The notes beneath the pieces were generated by a model. The model did not search any database. It was not told the DNA's origin and saw only the letters and a program-made list of their open reading frames with translations. From an uncultured bacterium (GTDB taxonomy: Bacteria; Deinococcota; Deinococci; Deinococcales; Trueperaceae), in assembly GCA_964496495.1 (NCBI GenBank), contig CAZBZU010000012.1, positions 1-64,000 of the forward strand: a stretch of 64,000 nt of DNA, written 5' to 3'. Both the position numbers and the translations under genes were made by a program. Shown here piece after piece: positions 9,365 through 17,066 of the stretch; position 1 is the first letter of the stretch; every line of letters begins with the position of its first letter.

Positions 9365-10744
9365 CTACTCGTCCTCGTCACCGACCTCGACGGCGGGCAG
9401 GCGCAGATCGAAACGGGTGCGTCCGGGCTCGCTGACCACGCTGATCTCGCCCCCGTGATGGCGAGCGATCTGGCGCGCGATGGCCAGGCCCAGCCCGGCG
9501 CCGCCCCCGGCACCCTTGTAGAACTTCTCGAAGATGTGCGGCAGCACGTCCGGCGGGATGCCGGGCCCGTCGTCCTCGACCCCCAGCATCACCCACTGGC
9601 CGGCGCTGGCCAGCGACACCGTCACGCCCTCGCCGCCACCGCTGGCGCGCACCGCGTTGGCCACCAGGTTGCGCACCAGCTGCCGCAGGCGGTCCGGGTC
9701 GCCTAGCACCAGCTGGCCGCTCGCCCCCGTCCTCTGCACGCCCGGGAACTCCTCGGCGACGGGCTCCACCACATCCTGGCAGAGGTCGACGAGGTGGGGC
9801 GAGACCTCCTTGACCAGCTCGCCGCGCGAGAGCTGCAGCAGGTCCTCCACCAGCCGGTTCATGCTGCGGCTGACGCGCCGCGCGTCCTCGAGGTCGTGGC
9901 GCGAGCGCTCGTCGGCATGCCGGCTGGCCCGCTCCAGGAAGCCTTGCAGGCTGGTGAGCGGCGTGCGCAACTCGTGGCTGGTCTCTGCCAGGAAGGCGCG
10001 CTGGGCGTCCATGGCGTCGCTCAACCGTGCCAACAGGCCGTTCAGGCTCTCGGTGAGGCGGCCGAGCTCGTCGCCGGGCCCTCCGTACGGGATGGGCTGC
10101 AGCCGCTCCGGACCGAGCGCCCCGGCGAGCCGCGACAGGCGCGTGATGGGACGCACGGCGGCCTCGGCCACCAGGTAGCCGACCACCGCGCTCAGCACCA
10201 CCAGCGCCAGGGCCGTGAGCAGCAGCGCGCGCGACAGGCCCGCCAGGGCCTGGCCGATGTAGGAGGGATCGGCCAGCACCGCCACCACCCCGACGTCGAA
10301 GGGCGCCAGCGCGGCCTCCATCTGGCGGCCGGCCAGCATGCCGCTCCACATCAAGCTGCCGCCGCTCGCCGACGCCACGTCGGAGGGCGGGATCGCGGCC
10401 TGTGGCCGTTCGAACTCGGGCTTGGAGGCTACCAGCAGGCTGCCGCCGGGGTCGTAGACCTGCACCACCACCCCGCCGGTCGGGCCGGTCACGCGACTGC
10501 GCGCGCTGCCCTGCCCGCCCTCGCGGTAGAGGTCGGCCACCGCGCCGGCGTCCCCGCGGAGCGCCGTACGGAGGTTGGTGTAGAGGCTGCTGCGCACCAC
10601 CAGGTAGGCCGCCAGGATGGCGACCAGCGCCAGCACGGCGATCGCCGCGCTCGCCAGCGCCGCCACCCGCCACGTGAGCGGCAGCCCCCCGGTCTTGAGG
10701 GCGCGCGGCATCAGGGCCGCCTCCAGCAGCGAGCCGTCGGCCAC
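9365..10744 (-). CDS. Sensor histidine kinase (two TM, periplasmic sensor, HAMP, HisKA, HATPase_c)
   Basis: 459 aa. H-box AETSHELRTPLTSL. N/G1/G2 boxes (GVEDDGPGIPPD ... GGAGLGLAIAR). The start could instead be the internal ATG at 10711. Confidence 0.85.
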   Translation of the reverse strand: MADGSLLEAALMPRALKTGGLPLTWRVAALASAAIAVLALVAILAAYLVVRSSLYTNLRTALRGDAGAVADLYREGGQGSARSRVTGPTGGVVVQVYDPGGSLLVASKPEFERPQAAIPPSDVASASGGSLMWSGMLAGRQMEAALAPFDVGVVAVLADPSYIGQALAGLSRALLLTALALVVLSAVVGYLVAEAAVRPITRLSRLAGALGPERLQPIPYGGPGDELGRLTESLNGLLARLSDAMDAQRAFLAETSHELRTPLTSLQGFLERASRHADERSRHDLEDARRVSRSMNRLVEDLLQLSRGELVKEVSPHLVDLCQDVVEPVAEEFPGVQRTGASGQLVLGDPDRLRQLVRNLVANAVRASGGGEGVTVSLASAGQWVMLGVEDDGPGIPPDVLPHIFEKFYKGAGGGAGLGLAIARQIARHHGGEISVVSEPGRTRFDLRLPAVEVGDEDE

Positions 10745-10802
10745 GCGGTGGCCGGCAGGTCCCCCACGCGCGCGCGCGATGGCGGCCCGCCCGCGCCCAC
10801 GG

Positions 10803-11471
10803 TCAGGACTTCAGGGCGTATCCGATACCCCGCACGGTGCGGATGACGCCGTAGCCGCCGGCGTCGCGCAGCTTGCCGCGGATGTTGGCGATGTGCACGT
10901 CGACGACGTTGCTCGAGGGCGGCAGGGCCTCACCCCAGACGTTGGTCTCGATCTCCTTGCGGCTGTACACGCGTCCGGGCTGGTTGGCGAGGTACGCGAG
11001 CAGGTCGTACTCGCGCGGGCTGAGCCGCACCTCGTCCTCCCCCCAGAACACCTGCCGCCGCGCCGGGTCGATGGTCATCTCCCCTACCTTACGCGCCCGG
11101 CCGAGCCCGCGCTTGCGCAGCTGGACGTTGATGCGCGCCACCAGCTCCTCCACGTGGAAGGGCTTCGAGAGGTAGTCGTCGGCGGCCGCGTTCAGCATGT
11201 CGACCTTGGTGTCGAGGTCGTCGGCTGCGGTCAGGATCAGGATCGGCGTGTCCCCGGTGCGCCGGATGCGGCGCGCGATCTCCTGCCCGCTGATGTCGGG
11301 CAGGCCCAGATCCAGGACCACCAGATCCGGCTCGGCCTCGCGCACGGCCGACAGGCCTCGGATGCCGGTCTCGTAGGCGAGCACCTCGTACCCGGCGTCC
11401 TGCAGCTCCAAGGTCAACAAACGCAGGATGTCTACGTCGTCCTCCACGATCAGGATGCGCTTCTTCGGCAC
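10803..11471 (-). CDS. OmpR-family response regulator (REC + winged-helix)
   Basis: 222 aa. MPKKRILIVEDDVDILRLL..., D54-type receiver domain, C-terminal OmpR wHTH (VIRTVRGIGY). Confidence 0.9.
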   Translation of the reverse strand: MPKKRILIVEDDVDILRLLTLELQDAGYEVLAYETGIRGLSAVREAEPDLVVLDLGLPDISGQEIARRIRRTGDTPILILTAADDLDTKVDMLNAAADDYLSKPFHVEELVARINVQLRKRGLGRARKVGEMTIDPARRQVFWGEDEVRLSPREYDLLAYLANQPGRVYSRKEIETNVWGEALPPSSNVVDVHIANIRGKLRDAGGYGVIRTVRGIGYALKS

Positions 11472-11849
11472 CTACGGCTCCTTCCCGGGTTGCATCCCGA
11501 GCACGATGCCGCGGTCCTGGAGAAGCGTCCGCAGCGACACCGGCTGATCGCTGTTGGGGAACTGCAGCAGGATGTCGTTGCCGTCGACGCTGACGCGGCC
11601 GCTGATGACCCGCGCCCCGCTGAGGGCGGCCGCGCGCTGCGCCTGCGTGGCGTCGGGCGGGAAGATGAGCAGCCTCAGCTGGGTTCCGGCGGGAGGCGTC
11701 AGCTGGAAGGCCAGGCTCCCGCCCCGCACCTGAGCGCTGGCGTAGACGGTGAGCAGATCGGGCGATACCAGCCGCACCTCGGTGCCGGCAGGCAGGCCAG
11801 GCAGCGCCATGACGGTCTGCGCCACGAGGAACAGGATGCCGGCGGTCAC
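11472..11849 (-). CDS. Small secreted hypothetical protein, first gene of the two-component operon (GTG start)
   Basis: 125 aa from GTG 11847-11849 (aa 48 of track ORF 11472..11990). N-terminal signal-like VTAGILFLVAQTVMALPGLPAG. GAGG upstream. Its stop abuts the response-regulator start, so they are probably co-transcribed. Confidence 0.4.
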   Translation of the reverse strand: MTAGILFLVAQTVMALPGLPAGTEVRLVSPDLLTVYASAQVRGGSLAFQLTPPAGTQLRLLIFPPDATQAQRAAALSGARVISGRVSVDGNDILLQFPNSDQPVSLRTLLQDRGIVLGMQPGKEP

Positions 11850-12139
11850 GTGAGCCGCCTCTGGCCATGGCTCGCGTCTTCCATGCCCACATGCTAGCAA
11901 TCTGCCATGAAACCGCTGCAGGAGCGGCTTAAGCGAACCTTCATCCCCTGGCCACGGTGCGCGGCCCGTCAGCAGGCGCGGCGGTGTCACGACGGCGCCC
12001 GCGCTGGCCCTCTCGCTCCGTCAGAAAACGCCTCGGGGAGCGACATCGTCGAAGTGAACGACCTAACCCCGGTCGACAGCGGCGTCCGTCATCATGGAGC
12101 GGATACGCCGACCGCAACGACGCGCGCCGGCCGCTGACG

Positions 12140-12173
12140 TGCCCCGGTGCCCCGGTGCCCCGGCCCCGGCCGG
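12140..12173. repeat. Short tandem repeat (TGCCCCGG)x3 followed by partial units, in the 5' region upstream of the TPR-CPBP gene
   Basis: gtgccccggtgccccggtgccccggccccggccgg. Confidence 0.5.
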
Positions 12174-12193
12174 CGCGCCCGTTCGGGCGGCGG

Positions 12194-13942
12194 ATGAAGG
12201 GGTCTTGCATGAGCCACGCACCGGTCCCCACGTGGGCCGACCGCCCGTCCGATCCCGCCGAGCCCGGCCGCCGGCGCCAGTCGCGCCGCCACCGTTCGCC
12301 CCGGCAGACCGGGCCGCGTCGGTCGGCCCTTCCCGTGGCCGTCCTCGCCGTCGCCTGCCTGGTGGTTGCCGGCAGCGCCGTGGCCAGGGCCCAGAGCTTC
12401 GACGCCAACCGCTACTATCAGCAGTGCCTGAGGTTCGAGGCCGGCGGCGACCTGGAGACGGCCCGCCAGGCCTGCCTGAACGCCTTGCAGATCGACCCCG
12501 GCATGGCCGACGCCGAGCTGGCCCTGGGCCGGATCGAGCTCGCCTTGGGCCTCGACAGCTCTGCCGTGAGGCGCCTGCAGGATGTCCGATCGAAGACCTC
12601 CAGCGCCGAGCCGCTGGTGCTGCTGGCGGAAGCCGCCGTGCGTGGCCACCGCTACCAGGAGGCGGAGAGCGACGTGCAGGCCGCGCGCTCGCGACTGAGC
12701 GGCCAGCCCAACCGCCAGCTGGCCGCCAAGACCGACTACATCGACGGGCTGCTCAACGAGCGCCGCGGCAACTACAACCTGGCGCTCACGCGCTACGGCA
12801 AGGCCATCGAAGAGGACGGCCTGAACGTCGACTACCGGCTGACGGACGCGAGCCTCCGTTTCCGGCTCGGCGACCCCGCCGTCGCTCGCGACCAGCTGCA
12901 GGCGTACATGAAGCTCTCGGGGGACACCAAGAACGCCGACGTCTACTCGCTCCTGGGAACCGCCTTGTGGTCGATGGGCGACCTCAGCGGGGCGGTCACC
13001 GACCTGGAGAAGTCCCTCAGCTACCGGAGCTCGCGCGACACCCTGGCGCAGGCCGACGACCTCCGCAAGCTGTCGCTCATCTACTACGCGCAGGGCGACG
13101 TCCAGTCGGGCGGCCTGGCCCTGCGCGAGGCGGCCAGGCGCGGCAACCTGCAGAACTTGCTGGTCAGCAACGCGCTGCTGTGGCTGTTGCTGCTGCTGGT
13201 GCTGGTCGCGGTCCACCTCGTCGGCGAGAGCCGCATCGCGAACACCACCACCCTGGAGGTGGTGGAGGGGCCGCAGGAGTGGTCGGTCGGGCAGGCCTAC
13301 GGCATGCTGGTGGCGAGCCTGCTGATGGCCGCGCTGACGGCGCTGGTGTACAGCGTGGTGGTGTACCACAACGCGCTCGCCATCGCCACGCCGCTGCAGG
13401 GCACGCAGGTTCGCGCGGTGTTCCTCGTCGCGCTGGCGGTGCTGCTGCTGGTGCTGGCGTGGCGCAGGGTGTCCATGCTCGGATGGGATGCCTTCGAGCG
13501 CCTGCTGGGAAGCGCCGAGCAAGCCGCCACCGGCATCGTGCTGGGGCTGGTGCTGCTGGCGGTCGTGCTGGGCTATCTCGCCTACCTTCCCCGCGGCGGC
13601 CTGCTCGGCCCCTTCTACCTGGACCTCACCACGCTCACCCCCCTGGTCGTGGCCGCGATGGTGCTGCTACCGCTCACCGAGCTGTTCTTCCGCGCCTTCC
13701 TGATCCCGCCGCTCAGGCGGCGGTACGACGCCGGCATCGCCACGGTGGCGTCGGCGGCTCTCTACGGGCTGGTGCTGGGGACCCCGGTGGCGCTGCTGTT
13801 CGTGGTCGGCGTTGCCCTCGCCGAGGTCTTCCGTCGGCGCTCGAACGGCATCACCCCGCTGCTCGCGCAGCTCGTCCTCAATGTGGGGCTGGTGCTGGCC
13901 GTGGCGTTCAGCGCCTGGGCGCGTAGCCTGTTCCTGTCCTGA
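12194..13942 (+). CDS. Fusion protein: signal peptide + periplasmic TPR repeats + C-terminal CPBP (CAAX protease/Abi) intramembrane domain, apparently catalytically degenerate
   Basis: 582 aa from ATG 12194 (aa 80 of track ORF). Signal RRSALPVAVLAVACLVVAGSAVARAQS. About 280 aa of TPR-like helical repeats. Then 6-7 TM helices with a CPBP motif-1-like LTELFFRAFL. The expected motif-2 FxxxH and motif-3 HxxxN histidines are not evident (SAALYGLVLG, LAQLVLNVGL). Confidence 0.7.
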   Translation: MKGSCMSHAPVPTWADRPSDPAEPGRRRQSRRHRSPRQTGPRRSALPVAVLAVACLVVAGSAVARAQSFDANRYYQQCLRFEAGGDLETARQACLNALQIDPGMADAELALGRIELALGLDSSAVRRLQDVRSKTSSAEPLVLLAEAAVRGHRYQEAESDVQAARSRLSGQPNRQLAAKTDYIDGLLNERRGNYNLALTRYGKAIEEDGLNVDYRLTDASLRFRLGDPAVARDQLQAYMKLSGDTKNADVYSLLGTALWSMGDLSGAVTDLEKSLSYRSSRDTLAQADDLRKLSLIYYAQGDVQSGGLALREAARRGNLQNLLVSNALLWLLLLLVLVAVHLVGESRIANTTTLEVVEGPQEWSVGQAYGMLVASLLMAALTALVYSVVVYHNALAIATPLQGTQVRAVFLVALAVLLLVLAWRRVSMLGWDAFERLLGSAEQAATGIVLGLVLLAVVLGYLAYLPRGGLLGPFYLDLTTLTPLVVAAMVLLPLTELFFRAFLIPPLRRRYDAGIATVASAALYGLVLGTPVALLFVVGVALAEVFRRRSNGITPLLAQLVLNVGLVLAVAFSAWARSLFLS

Positions 13943-13958
13943 TCCCGCCGGGGCCCGC

Positions 13959-13964
13959 TAGACT
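13959..13964 (+). promoter_or_regulatory. -10 box TAGACT 7 nt upstream of GTG 13972 (leaderless)
   Basis: cgcTAGACTcGTGggcGTGgtc. The first GTG is too close to the -10 box to be the leaderless start. Confidence 0.4.
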
Positions 13965-13971
13965 CGTGGGC

Positions 13972-14313
13972 GTGGTCGCGGACTTGACGCGCGACATCTT
14001 CTATCTCGCGGACGCCGGCGATGCCGGCGTGGTCGTGCTCCAAGGTCCCGACGCGCGGATCGCGCCGCTCTTCTCCAGCCGCTCGCGCGCCGCGGCGTTC
14101 GCGGGCGAGGCCCCCGCAGGCGTCCGTGTGGCGCGCGCCCCGGCGGGCGACCCGCGAGCGAGGGAGGAGCTGCTCCTCGCTTGCCTCGGCAACGGGGCGG
14201 AGGTGCTCGCCCTCGATCCGGCGCCGGGCGGGGAGCGGCCGGAACGCCCCGCCTCCGTTCGTCTCGCGCTGGCCGCCGTCCGCTCGCAGCGCGTCGCCCT
14301 CGCCTGCCTGTGA
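13972..14313 (+). CDS. Hypothetical protein, SseB-like (leaderless GTG start)
   Basis: 113 aa from the second in-frame GTG, 13972. TAGACT -10 at 13959-13964 lies 7 nt upstream, and the first GTG at 13966 is too close to this -10 box to be the leaderless start. High GC3. Motif IAPLFSSRSRAAAF resembles the SseB-family (A/L)F(T/S)S motif, a weak similarity. Confidence 0.4.
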   Translation: MVADLTRDIFYLADAGDAGVVVLQGPDARIAPLFSSRSRAAAFAGEAPAGVRVARAPAGDPRAREELLLACLGNGAEVLALDPAPGGERPERPASVRLALAAVRSQRVALACL

Positions 14314-14330
14314 CGGCCGCTCCCTGGAGG

Positions 14331-17024
14331 TCAGTAGGGGATGGAGGCCCCGACCGACAGCCACCAGCCCTGCGCGTAGCCGCCTCTCACCCCCAGCCTC
14401 ACCAGCCCGTCGTAGTCCACCACGGTGTCCGCCCACAGCCCCAGGTCGGCTCCCGCCCCCACGCGCGCGCCGCTACCCGGCGTGAGGCCGCCCCAGGCGC
14501 GTGCCGCCGGCTCGACATCGATGCGCTCGAGGGCGAACAGACCGTCTCCGACACGCAGCCGCACCGGCAGCGAGACCCGCCCGCCCGCGGTCACGGTCAC
14601 CGCCCAGGGCGGCAACGTCACGGGCACGGGCGGTTGCGGCCGGTAGCCGGCGCTGCCTGATAGCTGCCACACCACCGGCACGCCCCGGAATGCCGGATAG
14701 GCCGCCGCCTCCGCCCAGGCGCCGGCCGAGACGCCGGCAGCACCGTAGCTGAACCTGGCACGCACGGCGAACGCCTCGCCGCCGGTCACGGCTCCGAAGA
14801 GATCCGCCGTGCGGCGGTCGAGCACCGCGTCCAGGCCCAGCCGTGGGCGCCACCCCGGCAGCGAGGGCGCGCGCAGCAGCGCCGCATCGAGCGCCAGTGA
14901 GCCCGCGTAGCCCGCGACCGGCGCGCGCAGCAGCGTCTCCGCCCGGACACCGTAGGCCACCTCGTCCACCGGCGCCAGATAGGCCCCGTAGGGCCACGCG
15001 CCGAGGCTGACGGCTGCGCCGAGGACCGGCGGCGGTCCCGGCGCCCGCACCAGCTCGGGCATGTTCCAGGCGTAGCGTAGCCAGCCGTAGGCCCCTGCCA
15101 ACGGACCCCGCAGGCCGGTGTCGTAGCCGACGCTGAGGTCGAGGCCGTAGTGGGCGCTGTCGTCGAGACCGAGGGCAGTGAGCTGGAGCCCGGCGGCCGC
15201 CGGCGCCAGCGACACGCGGCCACCGGTCGGCAGCCAGCCGAAGGGCAGCAGGCTGGGCCACGGCCGGTAGGGCCTGTCAGGATAGGCGCCGGCAACACGG
15301 GCGCCGGCAGCATCGGCGCCAACCTCGCCCGCGACAGCCGCCGACCCACCCGCGGATGGCGAGATCCCGCCGCCGCCCGCGACCTCCCCGCGCGCGACGC
15401 GCGCCAGGACGTAGCCGTCTCCATGGAGGGTTCGGAACACCGTCCCGGCGGGACCGCCGGTCGGTTGGTCCGCTCCACCCAGGGCGGCTGTGAGGGCGAC
15501 CGCGGGGGCGGCCCCGCCGCCGGCCGACAGCGCCAGCCGGTAGAGCTGGAACAGGCCGCTGCCGTCGCTGGCGAAGACCAAGGAGTCCTCACCTTGCCAT
15601 GCCGGGTCCAGCTCGCTCGCCGGATCGTCCGTCAGGAAGCGCAGCCTGCCGCCCTCCAGCAGCGCCAGGTCGACGCCGCCGCCCGGGCGCCCGAAGCGGT
15701 ACAGGCTCACGGCGATGCGGCCGGCGCGGCTCACGGCCAGGCCGACCACGTGCGCGCCGGGTGGCGCTCGCCACACCAGGACGTCGGCACCGCCCGGGCA
15801 CAGCCGCCGCAGCGACGCTCCCTGCGGAATCACATCGCGCACGTAGAGCACGCAGCCGTGGCCGTCGGCGCGCGGCAGGTGCGCGTGCGCCCCGGAGCTC
15901 AAGCGCGTCAACGCCCCGCTCCGCACGTCCAGCGCGAACAGGTCGCTGGAGAGGCTGCCCGGCAGCGGCGCTACCCCGGCGAGCACCAGGGTGTGCGGAC
16001 CCGTCCAGGCCAACCCCTCGGCCGCGACGCGCGTGTGGAGCGTGCGGCCCTCGGCGAGCGCCGCGCCAGCCAGGCGCGCCACGCGCACGCCGCCCGCGAC
16101 GCGCCACGCCAGCCTGGACCCGTCGGAGCTGAGTGCGGGAACGCCGACGTCCTTGCCGGCCGGCGTCAGGCCGGGCGGCAGCCCGAGGCCCTGCCGGCCT
16201 CGCGCCTGCCTTGCCAGCGCCGCGCTCCAGGCACGCCACTCCTCATGCAGATCGGTTCCGACCGCCCGCTTCCAGGCATCCGCGAACGGCACCAGATAGG
16301 CACCCGCCTGGAAGACGTGCAGCGCCTCGACCAGCGCGCCGAAGCCATGCTCGTGGACCAGCCGGTCGATGAACGAGGCACCGAGCAGGTAGCGGGCCCG
16401 GCCGCCGGGCCAGGCCTGGAAGCTCACCAGGCTGACGTCGCTCAGGGTCGGCATGCTCCCGTCCGCGGCGAGCGTCCACAGCAAGGCGCGAGTGCGGGCG
16501 TCGTGAAGCCGCCCGCCGAGCCCACCCGTGGACTCCACCCAGGTGGCGATCCCCTCCAGCAGCCAGGCGGGAGGCAGCACCGCGCTGCCCTGCCCCACCA
16601 GGCCGATGTCCGGCAGCCTCGCTGCGCCGTGCGGTACGCGCTTGTCGGTGAGCTGCACGAGGTGGGTGAGCTCGTGACGCAAGACCAGCTCGGTGGGGTC
16701 GGCGGTATGGAAGCCGAGCGCGCCATCCAGCGGGAACAACGCCCGCAGCGCGACGTGCGGCCGCGGGATGGGCATGGCGAAGGCGTTGAACTGATCGTCC
16801 CCGCTCAGCAGGCGCACGCGCACGGGGAACGGGTCGCGGCCGAACAGCGCCGCTACCCGCACCAGCTCGGTCTCGGCGGCGCGGGCCACCTGCTGGGCGT
16901 ACCCCGCAAGCGCAGGCTGGTCGTAGAGCACCCGGACGTATGGCGCGCGCACCACGCGGGTGGCGCCCGCCCAGGGGAAGGCGAGCCCGAGCGCCCCCAC
17001 CAGCAGGATGCCGGCGAGTCGCAT
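14331..17024 (-). CDS. Large secreted outer-membrane protein: HExxH metallopeptidase-like region + TolB/PD40-like beta-propeller + C-terminal Gly/Tyr-rich barrel-like domain
   Basis: 897 aa from ATG 17022-17024. Signal peptide MRLAGILLVGALGLAFPWAGA. HELTHLVQ followed by a downstream Glu (EGIATWVE). PD40-like repeats (LSSDGSRLAW, VFASDGSGLFQLYRL). C-terminal ~350 aa of alternating Gly/Ala/Tyr/Trp strands ending ...GASIPY (terminal aromatic, the outer-membrane barrel assembly signal). Confidence 0.7.
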   Translation of the reverse strand: MRLAGILLVGALGLAFPWAGATRVVRAPYVRVLYDQPALAGYAQQVARAAETELVRVAALFGRDPFPVRVRLLSGDDQFNAFAMPIPRPHVALRALFPLDGALGFHTADPTELVLRHELTHLVQLTDKRVPHGAARLPDIGLVGQGSAVLPPAWLLEGIATWVESTGGLGGRLHDARTRALLWTLAADGSMPTLSDVSLVSFQAWPGGRARYLLGASFIDRLVHEHGFGALVEALHVFQAGAYLVPFADAWKRAVGTDLHEEWRAWSAALARQARGRQGLGLPPGLTPAGKDVGVPALSSDGSRLAWRVAGGVRVARLAGAALAEGRTLHTRVAAEGLAWTGPHTLVLAGVAPLPGSLSSDLFALDVRSGALTRLSSGAHAHLPRADGHGCVLYVRDVIPQGASLRRLCPGGADVLVWRAPPGAHVVGLAVSRAGRIAVSLYRFGRPGGGVDLALLEGGRLRFLTDDPASELDPAWQGEDSLVFASDGSGLFQLYRLALSAGGGAAPAVALTAALGGADQPTGGPAGTVFRTLHGDGYVLARVARGEVAGGGGISPSAGGSAAVAGEVGADAAGARVAGAYPDRPYRPWPSLLPFGWLPTGGRVSLAPAAAGLQLTALGLDDSAHYGLDLSVGYDTGLRGPLAGAYGWLRYAWNMPELVRAPGPPPVLGAAVSLGAWPYGAYLAPVDEVAYGVRAETLLRAPVAGYAGSLALDAALLRAPSLPGWRPRLGLDAVLDRRTADLFGAVTGGEAFAVRARFSYGAAGVSAGAWAEAAAYPAFRGVPVVWQLSGSAGYRPQPPVPVTLPPWAVTVTAGGRVSLPVRLRVGDGLFALERIDVEPAARAWGGLTPGSGARVGAGADLGLWADTVVDYDGLVRLGVRGGYAQGWWLSVGASIPY

Positions 17025-17066
17025 GGCGCAGTATAGGTGCCGCACGGGCATCCCGAGCGAGGACGC

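Noticed and set aside
11957-12193. N-terminal 79-aa extension of the TPR-CPBP ORF (track start 11957)
   Set aside because: The extension is Arg/Pro-rich, contains the 8-bp tandem repeat, and would lack a signal peptide at the N-terminus. ATG 12194 is followed directly by a good signal peptide.
13966-13971. First GTG (13966) as the start of the SseB-like gene
   Set aside because: It lies 1 nt after the TAGACT -10 hexamer. A transcript from that promoter would start downstream of it, so the second in-frame GTG (13972) is the plausible leaderless start.
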